From: Octopus sinensis
Lineage: Eukaryota
Direction: 5' to 3'
DNA: 28,961 nt
Assembly: GCF_006345805.1 (NCBI RefSeq)
Contig: NW_021824153.1
Location: 1 to 28,961 of the forward strand
The position numbers were made by a program, and so were the translations under genes. Below the pieces are notes generated by a model that worked only from the letters and a program-made list of their open reading frames with translations, was not told the origin of the DNA and did not search any database. Positions 10,699 to 22,666 of the stretch are shown piece by piece. Position 1 is the first letter of the stretch; each line of letters starts with the position of its first letter.

Positions 10699-11198
10699 AC
10701 TATCACCATTATTACTAGTGCGGCCAGCTGACAGAATAGTTTTTTCTCGCCGAAAGAAATGCTTAACGGGATATTCCATTCCATTCCAATCACCTTCAAC
10801 TGTTTGTCTATATCATATTACTCAGTCTCGAATGCATCAATTGAAGTGTCTCCCTTTAAACGATATAAAGACTAGTTGTTTTTGTGTCGCATCTCTTCCT
10901 TTGATATTGCACTCCATGTCTTGGGCCCTTGTGGCTCATAAAAAAATCATTATTATAATTATGGAAGACGTCGCACAGTATCCAATATTGTGCTGTAGAT
11001 TGAAGATATTGTGTTGTTATTAATGTTATTTTGCTGTAATTCATCAATATTCCGAGATATCACCGTCTTCACTGCAATTATTGTTTGTGCAGTAAGTGGA
11101 CAAATGAGCAATGCAAATTTTATTAATTCTTTTGTGTACCCTTTGTATTATTGCGCAACTGGCATTTGTTACGCAAGTTCAAAGACTCCACTATAAAT

Positions 11199-11243
<45 letters not shown>

Positions 11244-11433
11244 TTCTATTTGAGGAATGCGATTTTAACAACAATTTAATGGACTGACACCAAAAAGAAA
11301 TGCTTGCGTGTGTGTATATATATATATATATATGCAATAAAGGGTGGAATATAATTAATTTAATAAAATTAATCAATTTCACCTAGTAGATTTATCGGTA
11401 TGGAAAAGACCATTTTTGGTAAGGTTATAATAA

Positions 11434-11547
11434 TTATAATTAAGGGTTAATTGCAACAAGTTGCTCAAAACCACATACCGAAAATATTATCTAATATTTT
11501 CGGTATGTGGTTTTGGACAACTTGTTGCAATTAACCCTTAATTATAA
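11434..11547. repeat. 114-bp near-perfect palindrome (possible TTAA-flanked MITE, 11444-11537)
   Basis: 56-bp arms, 2 mismatches, 2-nt loop; TTAA|GGG...CCC|TTAA. Confidence 0.85.
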
Positions 11548-11569
11548 ATATATATATATATAATATATA

Positions 11570-11820
11570 TGAATGTATGTCTAACAACGATTTGGAGTAG
11601 GTTGTTACATCCGGTTACTTCAGCAATCTAACTGCAGATTTGCTGTTGATGTTTTGCCATCTTCTATGGACTTGCTGTTTTCTTTTCCGACGAAAAGACA
11701 TGCTCGAAACGTCAAAAATTCTCTCTTCTTACCGAACGTCCGGTAAGAAGACGGATAAACATCAACAGCGCGCACGTCCTCTTGTTTTTTGTCATTGTTA
11801 TTTTTAATGCTGGTTTACTG
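11570..11820 (+). mobile_element. PLE-like short repeat (family J) with degenerate HHR
   Basis: 11683-11717 reads UUUU-CCGACGA-A-AAGACAUGCUC-GAAA-CGUC-AAAA; downstream ccgaacgtcc and cacgtcctc are shared with family F. Confidence 0.6.
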
Positions 11821-11827
11821 AATTTGA

Positions 11828-11874
<47 letters not shown>

Positions 11875-12010
11875 CACACACAGACACACACACACATATA
11901 TATGACCACAATCTGATGACTGAAACAGACAAAAGATAATATGTATATACGTGTGTGTGTCATACATACATACATACATACAGACATACATACATACATA
12001 CATACATACA

Positions 12011-12051
<41 letters not shown>

Positions 12052-12077
12052 TTATTTATTTTTATATATATGCATAT

Positions 12078-12375
12078 GTGGCCACAGGACGTCATGAAAC
12101 GTGTACAAAAAAATACGAAGTACGAGTACATGGAATATGAACTAGTATTTCGAACACCGAAATACACAAATGGAAAACAAGACAAACAACACAAAGAACG
12201 ACCCTTCATCAGTTGTTGGCTGTTTTTCTATTCTTGTATTTCGAGCATTTAACAACAATATACGCTTTCGATAAAACAGTTGCTCCAGCAAACCAAATTA
12301 AATAAAATTTGGGGTTTTGCGGAGGGTCAATATTGGTAACACAGACAGGACATTGGAAACAAACAGGAAGGCTGC
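12078..12375 (-). mobile_element. (TA)n-embedded dispersed repeat, family I
   Basis: Homologous to 4205-4350; AT microsatellites on both sides. Confidence 0.55.
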
Positions 12376-12425
<50 letters not shown>

Positions 12426-13194
12426 AAGAAAGAGAGAGAAAGAGAGTGATAGAGAGAATGACATACATACATACATATACTCCTTTAACATGTAGGTATC
12501 TATGTGACACTAGTTTTGACCTGACGACCGGCAGGCAGTCTACTGCAATATAATCGTTACCGTGATTGCCAGTCAAGCGAGATATCTGAGGTTCAATTCT
12601 TACCAGTCAGCTTCCAAAATTAATGTTTATAGTGTATTATATCAACTGCATTAAAAATCTTAGCGCTTAATTCCTGTTTCCTTATTAATATATTTCCACA
12701 TGGAAAAACACTCCCCAAAACATTCAGAGCCAATGTAGGTCATCCATATGTACTTTGTTAATGTCAAAGAGGAAATTGATGTCGGCACTAATGGTACTGT
12801 AAGTAATTACTTCTCTTTAGGAGGTATTCAGTTGAAATAACAAACTTCTTATATTTTTATGATTAATTGACGAATATATGTTTACAGCTGGTTGAGTCAT
12901 TAGTGTGTCAGCATATTGTGTGTGTGTGTAGATGTAGGTTCATATTCATATCCGTGTGTAACTGTGTGGTTGTGTGGTTGTGTCAATACTCGAGACGTTA
13001 ACGTTCTTTGACCGAGACTATTGGTGGTCTCTGTGAGACAGAGCGAAGGACAGACCAATAGACAAACAGGTAGACAGACAGACCACACACCACACACATA
13101 TATATATATATATAATAATTATTTGAAGGAATATTATTCCTAACTTACAGGGAAAAATTCAATTAGAATACTAAATCAAATTTCACAAAATATA

Positions 13195-13284
<90 letters not shown>

Positions 13285-13443
13285 TAGCTAAAAAACCCAC
13301 CTCCTTTTATCAATTCAAAATGAACAATTAAATTACACCATCTAGAAAATTACATATAATAGAAATATTGAATTGAATTAACAATAATATACCGATTATT
13401 AAGTAAATCGCAAAATAATAATAAAACGTATATATTTGGTAGA

Positions 13444-13483
<40 letters not shown>

Positions 13484-13488
<5 letters not shown>

Positions 13489-13696
13489 TAATCCAAACAA
13501 GAAAGCACAAAAAACACAACAACGGGAGGACGTGGAACAAATATAGTATTATTGGACGCTCAGGAAAGAAGGAAAGAAGGAGGGATTAACGTTTCGAGCG
13601 GAGCTCTCTTCGTCGGAAACATAGGAGAAGGAAAGATCCAGAGAAGGGAAGACAGAGGAAAAAAAATCGCCAACAGTACACACGAGGTCACATTTT
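13484..13696 (-). mobile_element. PLE-like family F repeat with HHR-like fold
   Basis: Matches 3711-3818; 13584-13620 on minus reads GUUU-CCGACGA-AGA-GAGC-UCC-GCUC-GAAA-CGUU-AA. Confidence 0.75.
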
Positions 13697-13704
13697 GAGA
13701 TATA

Positions 13705-13736
<32 letters not shown>

Positions 13737-13899
13737 GAGCGAAAGAGAGAAAGAGAGAGAGAGAGATAAAGACAAACATATAACTTGTAAATAACAAGGT
13801 ATAATGTATGTTTGTGTTATATATAAACCTACACTGGAAGTAGAGATAGACAGATAGAAAGGCAGCTGGATAAATAAACATGGACACACACACACGCAA

Positions 13900-13942
<43 letters not shown>

Positions 13943-14271
13943 ACACACTTCTTGTATATAGTCATAGAATGACTATTCAGTTCGAACCCGGTTCGATTCA
14001 GGCACGTGATGTTGATAAGTCACAAAAATGGCGTAATATCGATATCCACCACTCCTGGATGAGACTGGAGACGGGTTGTCTCGCTTGTCTATGAGTTGCA
14101 GGTGTTTTAACACCCAGTGATATGAAGGAGTCGTCTCCAAAGATATAAGCCGCAACGAACCAGTGAGCAAGAAAAATACAGATTATGGGCGGTCGATAAA
14201 GTTTACAACACTAGTGATGCTTTTAATTCGTAATTGAATAGACACACACACACACACCACACACACACACA

Positions 14272-14314
<43 letters not shown>

Positions 14315-14397
14315 CACACCACAGCCACACACACACACGTCATAGTAACTAACAATCTTGTATGAGATATACCTCGTCATTTAAAGTGAAAATAGAT

Positions 14398-14442
14398 AAA
14401 CAGATAGAGAGATAGAAAGATAGATAGATTGATAGATATATT

Positions 14443-14521
<79 letters not shown>
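14398..14521. repeat. (GATA)n microsatellite
   Basis: Directly visible. Confidence 0.95.
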
Positions 14522-14523
<2 letters not shown>

Positions 14524-14929
14524 AGGCATATATAAATCTTAGTTTGTCAAAAATGCCATTGTGTTGAAAAGTATAATAGAGTTGTAAAGCTATAATAAAC
14601 AATTTCTTGATTTAAAACAATAATCCCTTCTATTTTTTATGCCCCTACGGCTTATTAAAAAGTATTTAAAGAATCTTATTTTTATGTTGAGGTAAAAAAA
14701 GAAAAGAAAACCCGCTTATAATTCAGCCCCTTAATGCTTAAAATCGTTTATCAGTTCCTTGTACAGCTACATAGATCCCTATGGTCAATACAGAATACTT
14801 TCTCGACCTCTAGTCTAAACAAGTTATTTTTTCATTTAAGGTTTAATTAAAATAAAGCAGAAATTTTTCGATTTTTCCACAAGTTTGGTAATGCTATTTT
14901 ATGGCACTGCGAAGTGTAAACGAACCCGT

Positions 14930-15380
14930 TGTTGTTAGTTCCTTCTCGAGCCACGCTTGGCTCATAAGGGCCGGTTTCCCGGTTTCCTCGGCGTATAGGT
15001 TCCCCACCTGAGACGGGACGCCGGTCCGTCGCAGGTGAGCTGCAAGATGCAGGCGGAAAAAGTGAGAGAAAGTTGTGGCGAAAGAGTCAGCAGAAGTTCG
15101 CCATTACCTTCTGCCGGAGCCACGTGGAGCTTAGGTATTTCGTTCATAAACACACACATCGCCCAGTCTGAGATTCAAACCCGTGATCCCTGGACCGCGA
15201 GTCCGCTGCTCTAACCACTAGGCCCTTTGCCTCCACCCTATGAGTGATAGAGCATATGAAATAATATTTGCATATAATCCATTTATATTCTTCTCTTCCA
15301 GTATATCCGGTCTGAGATTCGAACCTGCGATCCCTCGAGCGCGAGTTCGCTGCTCTAACCACTAGGCCATAAGCTTCCAC
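14930..15380 (-). mobile_element. Double-headed SINE family C composite within a single TSD
   Basis: 12-bp TSD aaacgaacccgt (14918-14929, 15381-15392); head 15307-15380, spacer 15237-15306, full SINE 14930-15236 with (AAC)n tail. Confidence 0.85.
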
Positions 15381-15696
15381 AAACGAACCCGTAATCATGT
15401 TGAATCGAAGCGAACTTGTTTACCTCATAGCTATGTCTACGCGCATAACATCACATGAAGACATCTTGGATGCTGTATCATCATTTGGTATCAATAGGAC
15501 TTGGGCCATACAGTAACATTGATTCTTGTTGGAATCTTTATTAAAATTATTGATTCTCTTTGATTAGCCTCCTGGCCATTGTAAAGCAAAAATGTGTTAA
15601 TTCACATATCACATAGCAGCCATGTTGTTGTTGCTGTTCATGTTCTGCTACTGTCGTTCTTGTTACCGACGTTGTTATTGTTGCTGTTGCTGTTGG

Positions 15697-15699
<3 letters not shown>

Positions 15700-15727
<28 letters not shown>

Positions 15728-16110
15728 GGTGTTGGTGGTGGTGGTGGTGGTGTGGTGGTGTTGGTGGTGGTGTTATCGTTTAGCTTCGAGCCGGAATTGA
15801 TCTTTTGAGATAGGAGATCAAAGATATTCTAACCACTCCAAAGCGTCTTTTATGCAGTCACAGTATATCTAGGACTATATTATTCAATGTATTCTACTGT
15901 CTTATGGTGGTGGTGGTGGTGGTGGTGGGAGGAATGGTAGTGATGGTGGTGGTGGTGGTGATTCTTGTTTAGCTTCAGGCTTGGATTGTTCTCTCAGATA
16001 TAAAATCAAAGACATTCAAGTCACGGTCAGAGCGTCTGTTTATGCAGTCACAGTCTATCTAGGACTACATGATTCAGTGATTTCTACTATATATTTCTTA
16101 AAGAATGTAA
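15700..16110 (+). repeat. Two diverged units of (GGT)n plus about 130 bp of shared sequence
   Basis: 15772-15905 and 15960-16090 share tttagcttc, atcaaaga.att, gcgtct, ttatgcagtcacagt.tatctaggacta; a related fragment lies near 23496-23590. Confidence 0.7.
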
Positions 16111-16499
16111 GCTGTGACTTCAGTAAGAGTTAGCTTCTGTTTAGTTTTCTTGTAGGTAGAGCAGTTTTATGTTTTATGGACCCAGGATGGGTTTAGCTCA
16201 TCTAGTTTCAAAAACAACAAATTAACAGAAATGAAGGTTAAATAAACAACCAACAATCAAACAAAACAAACAAACAAACAATCGCTCCAAGAATAACACT
16301 ATAGCTTTGTTTTATACAAACGAACGTAACACAAAAACACATTTTCCTGTATTTTGTAATTAACCGTTTTAATTGAAACATGTTATTCGTTTGGAGTTGC
16401 TATTGTTTCTGCGATAGTTAAACATCCCTAAGAGAATATGTGTGTCTGTCTGTTTGTCTGTCTGTCTCTATGTATTTATGTCTGCATGTATATATGATT

Positions 16500-17385
16500 G
16501 TATCTGTGTATGTATGTTTGTATGTATGTATGTATGTATGTATGTATGTATGTATGTATGTATGTATGTATGCATGCATGTATGCATGCATGTATGTATG
16601 TATGTATGTATGTATGTATGTATGTATGTATGTATGTATATATGTATGTATGTATGTATACACGCCTGTATGTACGTATGTATGTATGTATGTATGTATG
16701 TATGTATGTGTATGTATGTATTTAAGTATGTATGTATGTATGTTTGTATGTCATTATTCAGTTTTATTTCAAGATTTGCTGCCAATAGAGAAAGAGCTGA
16801 TTTGAAGACTAAAGATGCAATCCAACACAGGAACTGTAAATATCTGTGAAACTTTCCAGAAATTTATCATTTAAATATGCAACTAGATATGCAGCTATAT
16901 GCACGAGAATACATACACAAAACAAGACATAAAAATTTGCACACATACATAAATGCATAATTACGTACATACTTACATACAGAAATACCCTGTTGTTGAT
17001 GTTGAAATTCCAATAAAGGACCCTTGGATCTAGGTTAGAAACCGGCTCTTTCTCTATTGGCAAGAAATCTTAAAATAAACTGAATAATGATATACATGCA
17101 TAAATGCATACATACATACATACATACATACATACATACATACATACATACATACATACGTACATACATACATACACGCACACATACATACATACATACA
17201 TACATACATACATACATACATACATACGTACATACATACATACATACATACATACATACATACATACAAAAATACCTTGTTGCTGATGTTGAAATTCCAA
17301 TGAAGGAGCCTTAGATCTAGGTTAGAAATTGGCTTTCTTTATTGGCAAGAAATCTTGAAATAAAACAGAACAATGATATACATAC
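16500..17385. repeat. (TATG)n/(CATA)n-linked repeat: one inverted and two tandem copies
   Basis: 16751-16803 is the reverse complement of 17038-17090; 16985-17092 is directly repeated at 17270-17385. Confidence 0.85.
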
Positions 17386-17529
17386 ACACATATTAAGTTT
17401 CTGGGGTTCATATACTTCTCTTATAGTGACATATAAGGGCTTCGTATTGTGAAAATCAGCAAGGGCCTCACTTTCGTGGGCCCAGTAATCTCACTATAAC
17501 AATCTATATATAAAAAAATATTACAATTC

Positions 17530-17800
17530 CTTTTGTAGCAAAGGTATCCATGTCTTTGTGCCATAAGTTGCCGTGTACCTCTTCTGTTGAGAGCGGCTTG
17601 GTGGTATTTATATTTTTTGGATAACAGCTGTTCTTTCTTTTACATCATTTTCATCAAACCAGCTCAGCGTGCTTGCATTTGGGAAAGCCTAATAAAAGTC
17701 CCTGCTGTTTTGTTGATTGTCTCACGCAACTGTGTGCAGTAAGCATTGGTTGTTGCAGGTATCAGCTGCTGCACGGTCAGTTAGTGCAGTGTCAACTAGT
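17530..17800 (-). pseudogene. Decayed RTE-clade LINE ORF2 fragment (EN-RT linker)
   Basis: Frameshifted QLRETINKTA..LGFPKCKHA..WFDEND (WFDEND at 17644-17661), a typical RTE motif. Confidence 0.7.
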
Positions 17801-18302
17801 GCATGGTCAGGTATTTAAAAAAAAATTATTTAAAGTTTGTCTTCGCTGAAAATGCACATTACATTTCAGGATTTTTTACTTTGCCGACAACCGTTTGATG
17901 TATACCGGGTGGGGCATTATGTCAATAATGAACATACACATTGATTCTATTTCATTTCTTTATTTCTATTAGTCAATAAGTTAATCATGTAACGATTTAG
18001 CTAATCGATTGCTTGATTAATCACTCGGTCAGTCAATCGACCAGCTAAGTTTGTTATACTTAGCTGATGGATAAAGTGACTGCACCATTAATCAAATACG
18101 TGATTAGTTAATTGATTAAATGGTCAATAAATTGACTAATTAAAATAAAGAAGTAAAATAGAACCAGTGCTTGTGTTTATTCTTGACATAATTACCACCC
18201 CGAGATACAACAAAATCTGTTTCAACATACGAATTCACGTAAAATATTTTGCAGACTAGACACTAAAATGAGTTCCAATCTATCATCCTTGAGACAGAAT
18301 CA

Positions 18303-18467
18303 GGGAAACTTCCTGCCGCTGACAATATTCTATGGAAATCATTAAGTATAATGAGAAGGAGTTATACTTGAGACTTTTCTAATTCTTCAGAGAATGTTGA
18401 CAATTTCCTGATACAGTTGGGTGATATTCAGATGGTTACCATTTACAAGAAGACTGGAAATTGCTGA
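18303..18467 (+). pseudogene. Decayed RTE-clade LINE ORF2 fragment (start of RT region)
   Basis: GKLPAADNI / EIIKYNEKELYLRLF*FFREC*Q / LGDIQMVTIYKKTGNC resembles GKAPGPDGIP.E..K...L..RL......W......D..IVTIYKK.G. Confidence 0.7.
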
Positions 18468-18482
18468 ATAATTTTCTTTTTT

Positions 18483-19034
18483 TCGTGACGTATATTTGCC
18501 ATTTAAATATGGCTAACCCCTAAGGGTGGATGCTACTGTAGTTTGTAACCCCAGGAGAACACCTCCTCCAGCTGGCTATAGACACACTTTCTGTGCCTGA
18601 TCAGTATTTGCAAAGGGAAGCCATCCTTCCCGTCTCCAACTTATGATAAACACGGACTCGAGTTTCTGGGTATTGACCCGTCATCGGCGTGTGACAATCA
18701 CAGTTGTCGATGAAAAGTAGGTTCCCTTCACAAATACATATACATATACAGTGTCTTTACGATACTGGAAAAAGTATATGTATTTGCGAAGGGAACCTAC
18801 TTTTCATCGACAACTGTGATTGTCACACGCCGATGACGGGTCAATACTCAGAAACTCGAGTCCGTGTGTATCATAAGTTGGAGACGGGAAGGATGGCTTC
18901 CCTTTGCAAATACTGATCAGGCACAAAAAGTGTGTCTATAGCCAGCTGGAGGAGGTGTCCTCCTGGGGCTACAAACTACAGTAGCATCCACCCTTAGGTG
19001 TTAGCCATATTTAAATGGCAAATATACGTCACGA
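18483..19034. mobile_element. 552-bp foldback element (long-TIR MITE-like)
   Basis: Arms 18483-18743 and 18774-19034: 261 bp each, 7 mismatches, no indels; 30-bp loop. Confidence 0.9.
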
Positions 19035-19289
19035 TGTGTTGCAGCTACTGTTTATAACTCGCTCTAAGATTTATTATTTCGTTTTTTCAATTGCAGAGAA
19101 AGTTATACTATAACCAACACCCAAGGGCGTGTCTAGAAGCACCAACGAAATAGGTGGGACGTTCGAGTTCTGGAACTCGAGCCTCCTACTGTCGTGATGG
19201 TGAATCAGCCGCAAAATTTATTGAAGAATCACAAATATTTGGTCTGTAGCAACAGCCTGCATGCTGAGATGGTTTGCCGCTAGAGTCTG

Positions 19290-19483
19290 GTGGAGGTACG
19301 TGGCTTAGTGGTTAGAGTGTTGGACTCATGATCGTAAGATTGTGGTTTCGATTCCTCGACCGGGACTTCATTTTACGTTGCTCAGTCCACTCAGCTAGCA
19401 AAAATTAATAATCCTGCGACGCACTGGCCTCCTGTCCAGGGAGTAGTATATGCGTCTCGAAAGCGGAAACCGACCCTACGAGT
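19290..19483 (+). mobile_element. SINE family D (CORE-like), internally deleted
   Basis: Matches the reverse complement of 23118-23376 with a gap of about 30 bp after gaccggg. Confidence 0.8.
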
Positions 19484-19655
19484 TTATTTGGCTTGGGAAG
19501 AGTCTTTATCTTTTTTCCTATAGAGTCTGTAGTGGCCGTTTTCGGGAACCTCAACGATCGACTGTAGAAATAACGAGACATTAAACTAGCAACGAAATGC
19601 AACGTGTTACGTAATGTGTTTCCCAAGAAATTCCTCCTCGTGAAATTGGTTATAA

Positions 19656-20367
19656 TGTTGTAAAGTGGGTTCCACCCACTGGTGTGATGTGTGACTGCCA
19701 TTGTACTGTAGTTGCTGTTTTACACTAGTATCCACAATAGTTACTACTTATCGAATACCTTTGTATCTCTTCGTACCGGAATAGCAATACACTAACTTCT
19801 GTCGCTGATAGCTCCACAAGACACCGACTAGAACTGTCGACTCTCAACTCTTCGACTCTCAACCCTCTATTGACGACCGGCTACTGGTCTATTTATAATG
19901 GCTGGTTCCTACCACTTTTTACCGGGTGGTATACAGTTTCACTATACAACAGTGAGTGAAGAATGCACAGAACTATAACCAGTTTTCGGATAGCACAGCT
20001 CTCTTCCCCGGGTACCATGCATTGGTCGAGACGAATAGGAAATAACAACTGTCAGGTTTTACACCAGTGTCCCTCTCTTAGATAGATGTTCTGACAAAAA
20101 CTAGAGTGCATCACACCCCGGCGGTCTTGCAGCATGCTCATTCATCATCAACTTACTCCCATGTCCCCTGCGTAATTGCTAGAAATTAGGTTCATCCGTC
20201 CTTTGCACAGGTGTTTCTTTTGTTCCTTTGTCGTGGGTTTTTAGGAATCCTCTTTGGCTGCAGCGAACAGGGTGGGGGTGGGGGACGGTTTGGTCGCTGA
20301 CGGTACGACCACGCAACAGGCTGTGTTGGATGACATGATACTATTAGCATTCGTGACCGACCTGACA
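19656..20367 (-). mobile_element. Possible LTR-like fragment
   Basis: Minus strand runs TGTCAGG...TTACAACA, with TATAAATA at 19890-19897 and purine-rich gaaggaag just upstream. No TSD or PBS found. Confidence 0.3.
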
Positions 20368-20403
20368 CACTTCCTTCACACAAACACGTAACACACACAA
20401 ACA

Positions 20404-20434
<31 letters not shown>

Positions 20435-20810
20435 ACCACACACACACACACACACACACGCAAACACTCACATACACACACAAACACTCATACACACGTG
20501 CATGTATTAGATATGTGTTTGTATGTGGGCATCTATGTACGTGTGCGTATACATGTATATGTGTGTGTCTGTATGTATGTCTGTATATATATGTGTCTGT
20601 GTTTGTCTGTCTGTCTATCTATCTATCCATCTATCCATCTATCTATCTATCTATCTGCCTGCCTGTCTGTCTGTCTGTCTGTTTAACTCTCTCTTTCACA
20701 CTACACACACACGCGCACATGCACACACACACACACACACATACACACACACATAAAATCCCACTCACATGCATATATTAGTGTGTGTGTGGGAGTATGA
20801 ATATACTGTG

Positions 20811-20872
<62 letters not shown>

Positions 20873-21174
20873 GTGTGTGTTTGTGTGTGGGCGCATGAAT
20901 ACACTGTGTTGTGTGTATGTGTGTGTGACATTCTTTAGTCTGCACAAACGCCCTGAAGGAAGTTCCTTCCAAGGTCTCCAGTGGGTGGTTTACTGTATTC
21001 ACCATTAACCTGAATGACACCTTTCTGTATTGAATGAGATGAAAGAGATTAAATAGAAATTAGGTCAGATTTGAAAACCTTACGGGACCTTATCGTTAAT
21101 TTGCTGATACAAAACAAATACTGCGTTTGTTGGAGGTGTCCGTCTTTTCCTTCCTCTCTTTCACAAAATCTCGC

Positions 21175-21267
<93 letters not shown>
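21175..21267. repeat. (TCTA)n microsatellite
   Basis: Directly visible. Confidence 0.95.
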
Positions 21268-21268
<1 letters not shown>

Positions 21269-21764
21269 AAATAGACACACACACACATATATATATATAC
21301 ATATATAAAGCTAGGTAGATATGTAGAGAGCGCATATGTATATGGATGTGTATATATTATATATATAATATATATATATATATATAGTATATGTATATAA
21401 TATATATACACAAAAATATATAAAAAAAAATTACGCTCATTAATATATTAAGAGATATTTGCCAACACCCACACGCACCCACACACACCCACACGCACCC
21501 CCACTACCCCGTGGACTCTTTCATTCATTACATATTTTACAATCAAACAAGTCTACAATGAACTTTTTTATAGCCTTGCTCTTCCGAAAGTTCTCACAGA
21601 TGACCATCCACATTTCATACCTACGACTATGTCTTCATTCACACACACAAACCACTCCTGATTATATTTATTCAATTCATGAACTATATGCACTCACTAT
21701 TTATTTAAACACCGTCATCACTCGCGTGACTTTATACGCAGTAACTTTTTATTTCATTCATTTA

Positions 21765-21776
21765 ATATATATATGC

Positions 21777-21811
<35 letters not shown>

Positions 21812-21902
21812 ATAACTATATATATATATAATATATATAATTATATTAATATATATATATATATATCTATATATACATATATAATATATATATATATATA
21901 TT

Positions 21903-21999
<97 letters not shown>

Positions 22000-22005
22000 T
22001 ATATC
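21765..22005. repeat. Long (TA)n field
   Basis: Directly visible. Confidence 0.95.
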
Positions 22006-22278
22006 GGGAAGTGGATTGTAAATACAGAGGTCTTTTAAAGATGTTTATTGACTTGGCCGGTTTCACTTTTTTTAGAAAAAGAATTTCGAAAGTAAAATGT
22101 AAGCTTTTGTAAGCCTTTGTGGTGTTAAAAATTAGTTAACATAGATGTACTAAAATATAGTGACAGAGTCTTTGACAATGATAAGAATATGTTAAGAGGG
22201 GGCTTTGTGTTTAAACAGTTTACATAAACGTGTTCAAAATAGGCAGTAAAATAAATTTAATAATTATTTATAAGTTCA

Positions 22279-22369
<91 letters not shown>

Positions 22370-22457
22370 TATATCTATATCTATCTGTATTTATCTATCT
22401 ATCTCTCTCTCTCTCCTCTCCTCTCTCTATATATATATATTATATATATATATATAT

Positions 22458-22666
22458 ACGAGAAGGTTTACGAAAATAAAGAAAAGACGAAGGCAGGTGG
22501 AGTACAAACAAACAAATGTATTAGTATGGCGCCCAGGAATAGAAATAGAACAAGTCTTTTATGTTTCGAGCCTACGCTCTTCGACAGAAAGATACACAGA
22601 AAAAAAAAACAAGGAGAGAAACAAGGAGAGAAAAAAATGCGTGTAGGATCTAACGATCTATCATGA
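22458..22666 (-). mobile_element. PLE-like family G repeat with HHR-like fold
   Basis: Near-identical to 3973-4169; HHR-like motif at 22555-22592. Confidence 0.75.

Noticed and set aside
12150-12250. CTGATGA core in family I (minus strand) as a hammerhead
   Set aside because: I could not form convincing stems I-III in any permutation; the homologous copy near 4305 reads TTGATGA.
12725-12810. Possible small exon ending at gtaagt
   Set aside because: One open frame but no recognisable peptide; such motifs occur by chance.
19075-19160. Strong-looking splice acceptor (polypyrimidine tract then cag)
   Set aside because: All three downstream frames stop within about 65 nt; no recognisable peptide or partner exon.
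19405-19701. 98-aa ORF on the minus strand
   Set aside because: Crosses unrelated repeat boundaries (SINE D and the LTR-like island); no motif.
22040-22090. GAAACCGGCC on the minus strand as an HHR 3' half
   Set aside because: No CUGANGA-like core or stem II upstream.
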